From: Pseudidiomarina andamanensis
Lineage (GTDB): Bacteria > Pseudomonadota > Gammaproteobacteria > Enterobacterales > Alteromonadaceae
DNA: 32,000 nt
Direction: 5' to 3'
NCBI RefSeq assembly: GCF_009734345.1
Contig: NZ_CP032551.1
Coordinates: forward strand, 150,001 to 182,000
Part shown: in pieces, positions 6,694 to 15,948 of the stretch
Position numbering within the stretch: the first letter of the stretch is position 1
Layout: every line of letters begins with the position of its first letter
The notes under the pieces: generated by a model
Told to the model about the DNA's origin: nothing
Database searches by the model: none
The model's input: only the letters and a program-made list of their open reading frames with translations
Program-made: the position numbers and the translations under genes

Positions 6694-7980
6694 TTAGAGG
6701 TTTCTTTCTTTTAGGTCGGCCTTGGCGTCGTTGAACACATCCTCATCCAACGCACCTTCGCTTTTCGCGACAATCACCGAAACCATCGCATCACCGGTAA
6801 CGTTAACAGCTGTGCGAGTCATATCGAGTAGGCGGTCAACACCAATGATTAGACCGATACCTTCTACAGGTAAGCCAACTTGGCCAAGTACCATTGCCAG
6901 CATGATCATACCAACGCCTGGAACCCCCGCGGTACCGACTGAGGCTAGGGTGGCGGTGAGTACGACCATTAAATAATCCGCAATGGACAAATCAACCAAG
7001 TACACCTGTGCGATGAACACGGTCGCAACGCCCTGCATGATCGCGGTGCCGTCCATATTGATTGTTGCACCTAACGGGACCGTAAATGAACCAACACTGT
7101 TATGCACACCAAGGCGTTTTGTAACGGTCTCGAGTGTGACCGGCATGGTGGCATTCGAACTTGCTGTACTAAAACCAAAAATTTGAACCTCACGCATTTT
7201 GCGCAAGAAAATAATCGGGTTCATGCCAGATAGCCCCTTGAGAATAACTGGATAGGTAACTAAGGCGTGAACAATCAGCACGAATAAGACCAGTAAGAAG
7301 TACTTGCCAAGGCTGAAAATAGTTTCAAATGATGTTTCTGAAAACAGTTTCGCCATCAATGCAAAGACACCGTATGGCGCAATGTTCATCAGGATGATGA
7401 CTAATTTCATGATGACTTCATTGAAATCGTCGAACAACGTTTTAACGCGCTCGCCCGGCTTGCCAACTAATGCCATCGCGATACCGAATAACAGCGCAAA
7501 CACAATAATTTGCAGCATGTTACCGTTGGCAAAGGCATTAAATGGGTTGGTAGGGAACAAGTCGATGATGACTTGCGCAAGCGATGGTGCTTGCGTTGGT
7601 TCGTAAGTTGCATCAGTTGCAAGTTCAATACCAGTACCTGGCTGAACTAGCACCGCCATCGCAATAGCGAAAGTGATAGCGATGGCTGTGGTAATCAGAT
7701 ACAAGCCAACAGATTTACCACCAAGTCGACCTAATTTGCTCGGGTCACTTAATGAACAAGTTCCTACCACCAATGATACAAAAACCAGTGGCACTACCAA
7801 CATTTGCAGTGACGAAATGAAAATTTGGCCAACAACGTAGAATAAGCCTTTGGTTAGATAACCTTCGACGATGGTGCTATCAGGGAAAATAGTCTTCAGT
7901 AAAATGCCAACAGCAATACCGGCAAACATCCCGATAACAATGCGGCTCGTGAGACTGAGCTTCTTTTTATTTTCTGACAT
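6694..7980 (-). CDS. Dicarboxylate/amino acid:cation (Na+/H+) symporter, DAACS family
   Basis: About 428 aa and polytopic. Conserved DAACS blocks SSNATMP, VPLGATINMDGTA and DRxxDMxRTAVNVTGD. The second ATG (7980) has 6-nt spacing from AAGGA, so it is preferred over the track start at 7986. Confidence 0.88.
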   Translation of the reverse strand: MSENKKKLSLTSRIVIGMFAGIAVGILLKTIFPDSTIVEGYLTKGLFYVVGQIFISSLQMLVVPLVFVSLVVGTCSLSDPSKLGRLGGKSVGLYLITTAIAITFAIAMAVLVQPGTGIELATDATYEPTQAPSLAQVIIDLFPTNPFNAFANGNMLQIIVFALLFGIAMALVGKPGERVKTLFDDFNEVIMKLVIILMNIAPYGVFALMAKLFSETSFETIFSLGKYFLLVLFVLIVHALVTYPVILKGLSGMNPIIFLRKMREVQIFGFSTASSNATMPVTLETVTKRLGVHNSVGSFTVPLGATINMDGTAIMQGVATVFIAQVYLVDLSIADYLMVVLTATLASVGTAGVPGVGMIMLAMVLGQVGLPVEGIGLIIGVDRLLDMTRTAVNVTGDAMVSVIVAKSEGALDEDVFNDAKADLKERNL

Positions 7981-8089
7981 AAACATTCCTTTCGATCACG
8001 TCGCTGTAAAAGGTGACGTGCACGTAAACAATTGAGATCGGCTCAAGACTACCAGAATTCTTATTTAAACAGTAGCACTGTGCGTTTGA

Positions 8090-8145
8090 CTGTCATTGAA
8101 TTGCCATGAAAGTGTCAACCAACTGTCATGGGCTCGACCTATGCT
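8090..8145 (+). promoter_or_regulatory. PhoB-type promoter: two tandem Pho boxes (four 11-bp-phased heptamers) plus a -10
   Basis: CTGTCAT (8090-8096) tgaa TTGCCAT (8101-8107) gaaa GTGTCAA (8112-8118) ccaa CTGTCAT (8123-8129). After 10 bp comes TATGCT (8140-8145). There is no -35, as in pstS-type Pho promoters. Confidence 0.7.
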
Positions 8146-8176
8146 GAGCAAACAGCAGTTGAGTGAGAGACTAACA

Positions 8177-9883
8177 ATGATTGAAGTTGAGCAATTGCTA
8201 AATAAAAATTTACCGGCTCTGCACAACCATCAGTTGTTGCATAAATCTGCATTGTGGGTGTTACGTGGGCTATTGTGTGAACGCGAAATTAATCAGTTTG
8301 CAGAGGCTTATCCAAATCTTCAAGGCCTTGAGTTTGTCGAGCATGTGCTCGATTTTTTTAATTTCAGTTTTACTGCCCGCGATAGTGAGCTCGATAATAT
8401 ACCTACTGAGGGTCGATTAATTATTGTCGCCAATCACCCCATTGGTTCTCTAGACGGCTTGGCGCTATTGAAGTTAGTTAGTAGCGTGCGTGGCGATGTG
8501 AAGATTCTCGCCAATGATTTATTGCAGGCGATTGAACCGCTGCAAGACCTTCTGATTCCCGTACCTGTGTTTAAATCTTCTAAGACTGGCGCTCGCAGCG
8601 AGCCGTTGCGGCGTCTTTATCAGCACTTAGAGGGTGAGGGTGCGTTAATTGTGTTTCCGGCCGGTGAAGTATCGCGATTGCGTCCACAAGGCATTCGCGA
8701 TCATCACTGGAACACCGGCTTCTTGAAAATGGCCTTACGTGCTCAAGCGCCAATACTCCCCATTCATGTTAAAGCGCACAACTCGGCTTGGTTTTACGGC
8801 GCATCCATGCTCTACAAACCACTTGCGACCTTGTTACTGGTGCAAGAAATGTTTCGTCAGCAGCGAGGGCACATTGATTTTCGTATTGGTGAGTTGGTGC
8901 CACTGAAATCATTCAATGTCGAGCAATTGACACTATCGCAACGCGCAAAAATGTTTCGACGTCATGTTTATCGCCTCGGTCAGAATAAACTCGGCGTGCT
9001 TAAAACGCAGCGTCCAATTGCTCGGGCAGAATCCCGTCAAGCTTTGAAGAAGGCTGTAGAGGCTTGCGAACGGCTAGGTAGCACGCAAGATGGAAAACAT
9101 ATCTACTTGTATCGCTATGACGGGAATTCGCCGATTTTACGAGAAATAGGAAGGTTACGTGAAATCGCTTTTCGAGCCGTAGAAGAAGGTACAGGGCGTC
9201 GGCGTGATCTCGATAATTTTGATACATGGTATACCCAATTAATTCTATGGGATGCCGATGACTTAGAAATCGCTGGTGCTTATCGTTTGGGCGATGCAAA
9301 CTCAATTGCAGCTGAACGAGGTTTGGAAGGGCTTTATAGTCATTCGTTATTCGAATATCACCCACAACGCATGGCACCGTTTATTGCTCAAGGATTAGAG
9401 CTTGGACGTAGTTTTGTGCAGCCGAAATATTGGGGCAAACGAAGTTTAGATTACCTCTGGCAAGGTATTGGCGCGTTACTGCAACAACACCCGCAGTACC
9501 GCTATTTATTTGGTCCGGTAACGATGAGTGCAAGCTTGCCAAGGGTTGCCCAGGATGCGCTCGTACAATTTTTTGGTGATCATTTTCCCGACCCAGATAA
9601 TTTAGCGCTGTCACGCACGCCATTTATGCCAAATAGTCGTCCGCTGCCGGATATCAGTGATGACTACGCTGATGACTTACTTCATTTGAAACACTTTTTA
9701 GCCCATCAAGGCGCTGCGATCCCAACGCTCTACAAGCAATATGCCGATCTGTGTGAGAAAGGCGGTGTGCGATTTTTAGGCTTTAACGTTGATGCCGATT
9801 TCGCCAATGCGGTTGATGGTTTAGTGATGGTGGACATTCATCGATTAAAAGAGCACAAACGGAAGCGTTATCTCGGTGATTGA
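8177..9883 (+). CDS. Bifunctional acyltransferase: N-terminal PlsC-like lysolipid O-acyltransferase domain plus C-terminal OlsB-like GNAT N-acyltransferase domain. OlsF-like ornithine/aminolipid synthase.
   Basis: N-terminal half has an acyltransferase HxxxxxD-type motif (ANHPIGSLDG) and FPAGEVSR. The C-terminal half has the OlsB/Acetyltransf_5-like block LREIGRLREIAFRAVEEGTGRRRDLDxFD. The start is set at ATG 8177 (GAGAGA SD, 6-nt spacer) because 8096 (TTG) and 8141 lie inside the Pho-box promoter. Confidence 0.75.
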   Translation: MIEVEQLLNKNLPALHNHQLLHKSALWVLRGLLCEREINQFAEAYPNLQGLEFVEHVLDFFNFSFTARDSELDNIPTEGRLIIVANHPIGSLDGLALLKLVSSVRGDVKILANDLLQAIEPLQDLLIPVPVFKSSKTGARSEPLRRLYQHLEGEGALIVFPAGEVSRLRPQGIRDHHWNTGFLKMALRAQAPILPIHVKAHNSAWFYGASMLYKPLATLLLVQEMFRQQRGHIDFRIGELVPLKSFNVEQLTLSQRAKMFRRHVYRLGQNKLGVLKTQRPIARAESRQALKKAVEACERLGSTQDGKHIYLYRYDGNSPILREIGRLREIAFRAVEEGTGRRRDLDNFDTWYTQLILWDADDLEIAGAYRLGDANSIAAERGLEGLYSHSLFEYHPQRMAPFIAQGLELGRSFVQPKYWGKRSLDYLWQGIGALLQQHPQYRYLFGPVTMSASLPRVAQDALVQFFGDHFPDPDNLALSRTPFMPNSRPLPDISDDYADDLLHLKHFLAHQGAAIPTLYKQYADLCEKGGVRFLGFNVDADFANAVDGLVMVDIHRLKEHKRKRYLGD

Positions 9884-9901
9884 AAAAATAAATATAGTAA
9901 T

Positions 9902-9940
9902 AAAAAAGCCCAGCTCGAACGCTGGGCTTTCTCGATTTTC
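9902..9940. terminator. Bidirectional intrinsic terminator between convergent genes
   Basis: Stem agcccagc, loop tcgaac, stem gctgggct (9907-9928). Flanked by AAAAAA (9902-9907), which gives the U-run for the - strand gene, and by ttctcgattttc on the + side. Confidence 0.75.
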
Positions 9941-9948
9941 AGTTTTTA

Positions 9949-10545
9949 TTACATGTATTCTGGACCGAAGCCGTTCGTCCAAATAATGGCTGACGTTACC
10001 ATCAGAACAACAAGCATGATAAGCCCTGCAGTAACAACCGAAGAAGCATATAAGAAGCCACGTTCTTCAGGGATATGCATTAAAATTGGTACGCCTGAAT
10101 AAAGCAGGTAAACCGAATAGGCAACACCTGCCAAAAACACCATAGTGACGAACCATAATTCTGGGTACAATGCAGCAATACCAGACATGATCACAGGTGT
10201 TGCAGTGTAGCTAGCTAGTTCCAACGATTGTGTGAAAGTTGGTGCGGCGCCAAAGGTTTTTGCCATCCAATGGATCAAGTAGGCGAGTGCAAAGACTGCG
10301 GCAACGATGCCTGCATACATGGCGACAGCCATTATCATCGCGCTATTTTGGGTTAAAAAGGTGACTTCGCGTGCGCCAATGCTCCAGCCGATATGTGCGG
10401 ATGCATAGTACGCAGCTGCGCATGGTAACAACGCAACAATTAATATGTGGCTTAGTGCAAAGCTCATGCTTTCGTGACGTTGATCAATTGACTTCCATTC
10501 ATCAACTGGATGAGCGTAAAGGCCCCAAATGTGATTTAAAATCAT
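9949..10545 (-). CDS. yohC: Yip1-family inner membrane protein, YohC-like
   Basis: Colinear with E. coli YohC as recalled (HVWGLFSHP..., IGW, ALYP). Five predicted TM segments. The ATG at 10545 is preceded by GAGGT with a 5-nt spacer. The 25-aa N-terminal extension in the track (to 10620) has no SD and a low-complexity NNNN run. Confidence 0.85.
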   Translation of the reverse strand: MILNHIWGLYAHPVDEWKSIDQRHESMSFALSHILIVALLPCAAAYYASAHIGWSIGAREVTFLTQNSAMIMAVAMYAGIVAAVFALAYLIHWMAKTFGAAPTFTQSLELASYTATPVIMSGIAALYPELWFVTMVFLAGVAYSVYLLYSGVPILMHIPEERGFLYASSVVTAGLIMLVVLMVTSAIIWTNGFGPEYM

Positions 10546-10720
10546 GACATACCTCAACTTCTGTTGTTGTCTGTAGTTACAGTTATTATTGTTGTTGACG
10601 CTTTTTTGCGCGCCTCGCATTCAATATTGGTCGGATTTTCAACAGAGTCAAGCCATTTTGATGCAAATAACCATATTTAATTTGTGTGATTAAAAATTGA
10701 CCAGCAGTTTGTGTTAGAGA

Positions 10721-11488
10721 GTGAAAAGAGAGTTTATTGTGGAATTGTTGCTAAAGCCCATTCGCCAGTTTCTTCATTGTGACACGCCTAGTGCATGGAT
10801 TGAAGCCGCGCGCAAAGCAGAAAACCTACCTGCTTTGCTTATTGACCATTTAGTGTGCGAGCTGAAAGCAGCTCAATCGGCGATGCTACTCATTCGTCGT
10901 TATGCGGTAGACGCGGCTAGTGGTGACGCACTGTTGGCCTGGTTAAAGCCTTATGAAGACTTTACCTATCGGATGCAGGGTGATTGGCGTGAATTGGCTG
11001 ACCATGAGCGACTTACCAAAGCAATGTTACCAAAGCGAGATGCGCCGTACAGCCAAGAGCTTATTGATAAAATGGTCTTGCTGATTAAAGAAGAGCTTCA
11101 TCATTTTTATCAAGTGTTGGAAATTATGGATGAGCTCGGTATAGCCTATGAGAACATTAGTTCGAGTCGTTATGCCCGAGGTATGTTGCGGCATGTACGC
11201 ACGCATGAGCCGGCAACGTTAATCGATAAATTGATCTGTGGCGCTTATATAGAAGCTCGTTCTTGTGAGCGATTTGCTGCCTTAGCGCCGCATGTTGATC
11301 CAAAGCTATCGAAATTTTACATGAGTTTACTTCGCTCTGAAGCACGCCACTTTCAAGACTACCTAGAATTAGCAGAGCAATTGGTGGGGCATTCGATTGA
11401 TGAGCGGGTGAAATTTTTCGGTGAAATTGAAGCCCAATTGATTCAGTCACCAGACACAGAGTTCCGATTTCATAGTGGTCCTGTGTAA
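10721..11488 (+). CDS. miaE: tRNA-(ms2io6A37)-hydroxylase MiaE (non-heme diiron)
   Basis: Colinear with Salmonella MiaE as recalled (FLHCxTPxAWI, LLIDHxxCELKAAQ, IKEELHHF, GAYIEARSCERFAALAP, LLRSEARH, FRFHSG). The start is uncertain: GTG 10721, or GTG 10739 with an AGAGAG SD. Confidence 0.88.
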   Translation: MKREFIVELLLKPIRQFLHCDTPSAWIEAARKAENLPALLIDHLVCELKAAQSAMLLIRRYAVDAASGDALLAWLKPYEDFTYRMQGDWRELADHERLTKAMLPKRDAPYSQELIDKMVLLIKEELHHFYQVLEIMDELGIAYENISSSRYARGMLRHVRTHEPATLIDKLICGAYIEARSCERFAALAPHVDPKLSKFYMSLLRSEARHFQDYLELAEQLVGHSIDERVKFFGEIEAQLIQSPDTEFRFHSGPV

Positions 11489-11510
11489 GTTTTTGGGTTT
11501 GGGCTAAAGC

Positions 11511-12254
11511 TTAGTTATCCGTTGCCAATGGGCTGACAATAAGCTCATGTTCGGTAGCGGTAACTTTGAGGAAGCTGCCTTGCGTATACCAGTCGCCAAG
11601 CACGATACGCTCAGCGATTTCACCGTTCGGTAATCGGTGTTGATGAATTGCGGGGCGATGCGTGTGACCATGAATCATGCGTTGTACGTCATGTTCAATA
11701 AATTGCTCACGAACTGCGTGTTCATTGGCGTCCATAATCTTTAATTGCTGCTCTGATAATGGTTGTTGTGTTTTACTTGAAGCACGTAGTTTGTTGGCAA
11801 TACGCATGCGTAAGCGAAGCGGTAAAGCTAGCAGAAGTTTCTGTACCACACGGTTGCGAATCACTTTACGAAAGCGTTGGTAGCTGACGTCATCTGTGCA
11901 GAGCGTATCGCCGTGCATAATCAGTGTTGGAACGCCATATAGATCGACGATACTAGGTTCGTCGAGCAAGGTGATACCGGTAATTTGTGCAAATCGTTGA
12001 CCGATCAAAAAGTCGCGGTTACCGGCAATAAAGTACACCGGAATACCGGTATCGGTTAATTGCCGCAGCGCAGCCTGCACTGCGGCAACAAAGTCGCTGG
12101 TATCATCATCGCCAATCCATGCATCAAACAAATCGCCAAGAATATAAAGGGCGTCAGCATGAACCGCTTGATCGTGCAAAAAACGCTGAAATAGGCCCGT
12201 GATGTCGGGCCTAGCAGGGCTTAAATGCAAATCAGAGATGAACCAGGTTGTCAT
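11511..12254 (-). CDS. lpxH: UDP-2,3-diacylglucosamine diphosphatase LpxH
   Basis: 247 aa. Calcineurin-like metallophosphoesterase motifs (FISDLHL, GDLFDAWIGDD, GNRDF, HGDT, GHTH). Sits 3 nt downstream of ppiB, as in the E. coli ppiB-lpxH arrangement. Confidence 0.93.
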   Translation of the reverse strand: MTTWFISDLHLSPARPDITGLFQRFLHDQAVHADALYILGDLFDAWIGDDDTSDFVAAVQAALRQLTDTGIPVYFIAGNRDFLIGQRFAQITGITLLDEPSIVDLYGVPTLIMHGDTLCTDDVSYQRFRKVIRNRVVQKLLLALPLRLRMRIANKLRASSKTQQPLSEQQLKIMDANEHAVREQFIEHDVQRMIHGHTHRPAIHQHRLPNGEIAERIVLGDWYTQGSFLKVTATEHELIVSPLATDN

Positions 12255-12257
12255 AGA

Positions 12258-12755
12258 TTACTCGCTGATTGTGGCGCTCTTAATCACCACATCATCAACT
12301 GGCACATCTTGGTGGAAACCAGCATGGCTAGTACGCACTGCTTCAATAGCAGTCACAACGTCCATACCTTCAACCACTTCGCCAAATACGCAATAGCCCC
12401 AGCCGCCCATGCTTTCATTTTTGAAGTTGAGGAACTCGTTGTCAGCAACGTTAATGAAGAACTGCGCAGTTGCTGAATGCGGGTCTTGTGTGCGTGCCAT
12501 GGCAATGGTGCCACGCATGTTTTTCACGCCATTGTTGGCTTCATTCTCAACTGGCGCATGCGTTGGCTTTTGCACCATCTCTAAGTTGAAACCACCACCT
12601 TGAATCATAAAGCCACGAATGACGCGGTGGAACAACGTATTCTCATAAAAACCTTCACGCACATAAGTCAGGAAGTTTTCCACAGTTTTTGGTGCTTTTT
12701 CGGCGAATAATTTTAAGGTGATGTCGCCATGATTGGTGTGTAGGGTTACCTGCAT
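12258..12755 (-). CDS. ppiB: Peptidyl-prolyl cis-trans isomerase B (cyclophilin type)
   Basis: 165 aa. Cyclophilin blocks ([14 protein letters not shown], [17 protein letters not shown]). Divergent from cysS as in E. coli. Confidence 0.93.
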   Translation of the reverse strand: MQVTLHTNHGDITLKLFAEKAPKTVENFLTYVREGFYENTLFHRVIRGFMIQGGGFNLEMVQKPTHAPVENEANNGVKNMRGTIAMARTQDPHSATAQFFINVADNEFLNFKNESMGGWGYCVFGEVVEGMDVVTAIEAVRTSHAGFHQDVPVDDVVIKSATISE

Positions 12756-12910
12756 TGAGGGAGCTCCATATTGAGTAACTTAATTAATGTCGTTTACAGA
12801 TTTAATTGGTGCTGTAGTTTAGCATTGTTTGTGACCATGGCGCACCTTGCGTTATTATGTCAGTCTATTTTGAATAGTGATGTCATGCAGTGAGACAGGA
12901 GCAACCGTGC

Positions 12911-14293
12911 ATGTTGAAAGTTTTTAATACGTTAACCCGCCAAAAAGAAGAGTTTAAGCCAATTACGCCAGGTGAAGTTAAGCTATATGTGTGCGGGGTA
13001 ACTATTTACGATTACTGTCACATTGGTCATGCACGTACCTATGTTGCATTTGATGTTGTGGTGCGTTATCTGCGCTCACGCGGCTACAAAGTTAAATATG
13101 TTCGTAATATTACCGATGTGGATGACAAAATCATTCGCCGTGCGGCTGAAAATAACGAAGCTATCGACGCGGTGACTGAGCGCTACACGCGTGCCATGCA
13201 TGACGACTTTGACGCATTGAATTTAGTTCGTCCTGATGTTGAACCAACGGTTACGGGTCATATGGGCGACATTATTGCCATGATTGAAACGCTCATTGCC
13301 AATGGCAATGCTTATGTTGCGACAGATGGTGATGTGTTATTTGATGTCAGTACCTTTACTGGCTATGGCAAACTCAGTCGGCAGAACCTTGAGCAACTGC
13401 AAGCCGGGGCTCGTGTTGATGTTGCCGAAAACAAACAAGATCCGCTCGATTTTGTTCTGTGGAAACAAGCCAAAACGGGTGAGCCAAGTTGGCCATCGCC
13501 ATGGGGCGACGGCCGCCCTGGGTGGCATATTGAGTGTTCAGCAATGAATAAACGTCACCTCGGTGAAAATTTCGATATTCATGGTGGCGGTTCTGATTTG
13601 ATTTTCCCGCACCATGAGAACGAAGTAGCGCAAAGCTGCTGCGCCAATCATAGCGACTATGTGAATTATTGGATGCATAGCGGTATGGTGCAGGTTGATG
13701 AAGTTAAGATGTCGAAATCATTAGGAAACTTCTTCACCATTCGTGATGTGCTTGCGCAATACGATGCCGAAACGGTTCGCTACTTCTTGATTTCGAGCCA
13801 TTATCGCTCACAGTTGAACTACTCTAAAGACAACCTTGATCAAGCGCGCTCAGGGTTGGAACGTTTATACACGGCGCTGCGCGATGCACCAGAGGGAACG
13901 ATTGATCCAGCATTAACAGCTTCTCAAATTGAACGTTTTAACGCCGCGATGGATGACGATTTTAACGTGCCAGAGGCGTTGTCTGTATTGTTCGAACTGG
14001 CGCGAGAGGTCAATCGTACAGTTCAAAATGATGCACCAAAAGCGTCGGCGTATGCGGCACAATTGCGAGAGCTTGGACATCAGTTAGGTTTGCTGGAACA
14101 ACAACCGGAAGCCTTTTTGCAAGGTGGTGGTGACGATGACGACGTTGCCAAAATTGAAGCTTTAATTGCCGAGCGAAATGATGCGCGAGCAGCCAAAGAT
14201 TGGGCGCGTGCGGATGCGGCACGAGATGCGCTGAAGGCACTGAATATTGAATTAGAAGACAGTCCAACCGGCACCAAGTGGCGCCGTATATAG
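12911..14293 (+). CDS. cysS: Cysteine--tRNA ligase
   Basis: Class I aaRS signatures HIGH (CHIGHARTY) and KMSKS (VKMSKSLGN). The N-terminus [15 protein letters not shown] matches CysS. ATG 12911 follows an AGGAG SD; the track start at 12890 is an upstream extension. Confidence 0.95.
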   Translation: MLKVFNTLTRQKEEFKPITPGEVKLYVCGVTIYDYCHIGHARTYVAFDVVVRYLRSRGYKVKYVRNITDVDDKIIRRAAENNEAIDAVTERYTRAMHDDFDALNLVRPDVEPTVTGHMGDIIAMIETLIANGNAYVATDGDVLFDVSTFTGYGKLSRQNLEQLQAGARVDVAENKQDPLDFVLWKQAKTGEPSWPSPWGDGRPGWHIECSAMNKRHLGENFDIHGGGSDLIFPHHENEVAQSCCANHSDYVNYWMHSGMVQVDEVKMSKSLGNFFTIRDVLAQYDAETVRYFLISSHYRSQLNYSKDNLDQARSGLERLYTALRDAPEGTIDPALTASQIERFNAAMDDDFNVPEALSVLFELAREVNRTVQNDAPKASAYAAQLRELGHQLGLLEQQPEAFLQGGGDDDDVAKIEALIAERNDARAAKDWARADAARDALKALNIELEDSPTGTKWRRI

Positions 14294-14301
14294 GACTAAA
14301 A

Positions 14302-14379
14302 CGTTATTCGTAATTGGTTATTCGTTGTTCGAAACAGCGCCACCAATAACGAGTAACGAATAACGAACAACGAGCAACG
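14302..14379. repeat. Heptamer inverted-repeat element, copy 3
   Basis: Left arm 14302-14331: cgttattcgtaattggttattcgttgttcg. Loop 14332-14344: aaacagcgccacc. Right arm 14345-14379: aataacg agtaacg aataacg aacaacg agcaacg. Region 14350-14379 is the reverse complement of 536-565 with 29/30 identity. Confidence 0.85.
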
Positions 14380-14387
14380 AGGTTTTT

Positions 14388-15920
14388 ATGGCATTTCCAA
14401 CGGTTAATGTATTTGAGAACTATGCTGCCACAGCTGGCGGCGACTTTGACGCAGTTATTTTAATCGGTGATTTCGCCGAGGCCATTCCTGATGACTTCAG
14501 TGATTATGTATCACAGGCGCAACAGTTCGATGCACGCGTCGGTAAGCAAGCATTATTGGTTCCGGCAGATGTGGCTGGCGGTCGTTTGATTCTTGCGCCA
14601 ACTGGGCCATTAACGCGTGATTATGATGATGTACGAAATATTAGTGATGCAGCTGGTGCTGCTGCACGTATAGCCCAACAGGCGGGTGTTACCAAGCCGT
14701 TAATGATTGTTTTCGGCGTACCGAGCGAAGCCCGATACGGTCAAGCCGAAGCGGTTGCCTATTGGGGACTATGTCAGGCGCTTTATGAGCCATTAGAGGC
14801 ACGAGAGCATCATGGTGAAGCCACATTAGAGACCGTCACAGGCGTTGGTATTGTCGGTGCATTGGATGAAACTTGGTTGCAAGCCGTAGAAGCAGGTAAG
14901 CGAGTCGCGCGCGATTTAGCGGGCACGGAACCAGAGCGAATGGCACCGCCGCGTTTTGCTGAATATTGTCAACAGGCGTTTGCCCATTCTCCGGTGCGTG
15001 TCACCGTTATTGACGACGTGCAGCAACTTCAGCATGAATACCCGTTACTGATGGCCGTAGCCCGAGCTTCATTAGGTGTAACACGCCATCAACCATGTGT
15101 AGTGCGTTTAGAGTATAAAGCACCGGCGGCAGAGCAAACGTTGATGTTTGCCGGTAAAGGCATTGTCTATGATACTGGCGGTGCTGATGTGAAAACTGGT
15201 GGCCACATGGCTGGTATGAGTCGCGATAAAGGCGGTGCAGCGGGTGTTGCCGGTTTTATCAAAACTGTCGCCGAAATGCGTCCAGAAACGCTAAACGTTG
15301 TGGCTGAACTCGGTGTTGTGCGCAATAGTATTGGGGCTGACGCATTTGTCGCGGATGAGATCATTACGGCACATAGCGGAGTGCGAGTTCGCATTGGTAA
15401 TACCGACGCAGAGGGCCGTCTCGTATTGGCTGATCTGTTATCGCATCTTCGTGAAGAAGCGGTAGACTATCCGCGTCCACAATTATTCAGTGTAGCGACG
15501 TTAACTGGGCATGCTGCGTTAGCGAAAGGTCCCTACACGGCATTGATCCCGAATGGCCCAGCGCGCGTAAATGAGGTGACAGATAAACTGTGGGAAGCTG
15601 GCGAAGTGTATGGTGACCCGACAGAAATTTCATGGTCACGAAGAGAAGACTACGATTTTGTGCGTCCGCGAACCAAAGCAGATGACACTTTATCGAGTAA
15701 TAACGGACCTTCAGCAACAACCAAGCGCGGACACCAATTCCCGATGGCATTTTTAGCAATTGCCTCAGGGTTGGATAAGCATGGTACCGATAGTCAACAA
15801 CCGTTGCCATATGTGCACGTGGACATTGCTGGTAGCGGAGTGGAAGGTGGTGATTGGCAACATGGTAAGCCAACAGCAACCCCTGTGACTTGTTTTGCTG
15901 GATGTTACTTACATCAATAA
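14388..15920 (+). CDS. M17-family (leucyl) aminopeptidase
   Basis: 510 aa. M17 catalytic blocks VYDTGGADVKTGGHMAGMSRDKGGAA and NTDAEGRLVLAD. The N-terminal domain diverges from PepA. Confidence 0.88.
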   Translation: MAFPTVNVFENYAATAGGDFDAVILIGDFAEAIPDDFSDYVSQAQQFDARVGKQALLVPADVAGGRLILAPTGPLTRDYDDVRNISDAAGAAARIAQQAGVTKPLMIVFGVPSEARYGQAEAVAYWGLCQALYEPLEAREHHGEATLETVTGVGIVGALDETWLQAVEAGKRVARDLAGTEPERMAPPRFAEYCQQAFAHSPVRVTVIDDVQQLQHEYPLLMAVARASLGVTRHQPCVVRLEYKAPAAEQTLMFAGKGIVYDTGGADVKTGGHMAGMSRDKGGAAGVAGFIKTVAEMRPETLNVVAELGVVRNSIGADAFVADEIITAHSGVRVRIGNTDAEGRLVLADLLSHLREEAVDYPRPQLFSVATLTGHAALAKGPYTALIPNGPARVNEVTDKLWEAGEVYGDPTEISWSRREDYDFVRPRTKADDTLSSNNGPSATTKRGHQFPMAFLAIASGLDKHGTDSQQPLPYVHVDIAGSGVEGGDWQHGKPTATPVTCFAGCYLHQ

Positions 15921-15948
15921 CGCAGGCATCTTACAAAGGAGATTCTCA

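Noticed and set aside
8096-8176. N-terminal extensions offered by the ORF track (8096 for the acyltransferase, 21930 for M28, 15895 for the MBL hydrolase, 12890 for cysS, 10620 for yohC, 30278 for fldB, 5304 for smrA, 7986 for the symporter)
   Set aside because: In each case an internal start has a proper SD, and the resulting N-terminus matches a signal peptide or the known homologue N-terminus. The extensions overlap promoters, operators or upstream genes.
9343-9355. ttcgttattcgaa inside the OlsF-like CDS, resembling the intergenic heptamer unit
   Set aside because: It is a single isolated unit and a half within a conserved coding frame (HSLFEY), with no inverted partner. It is most likely a chance occurrence.
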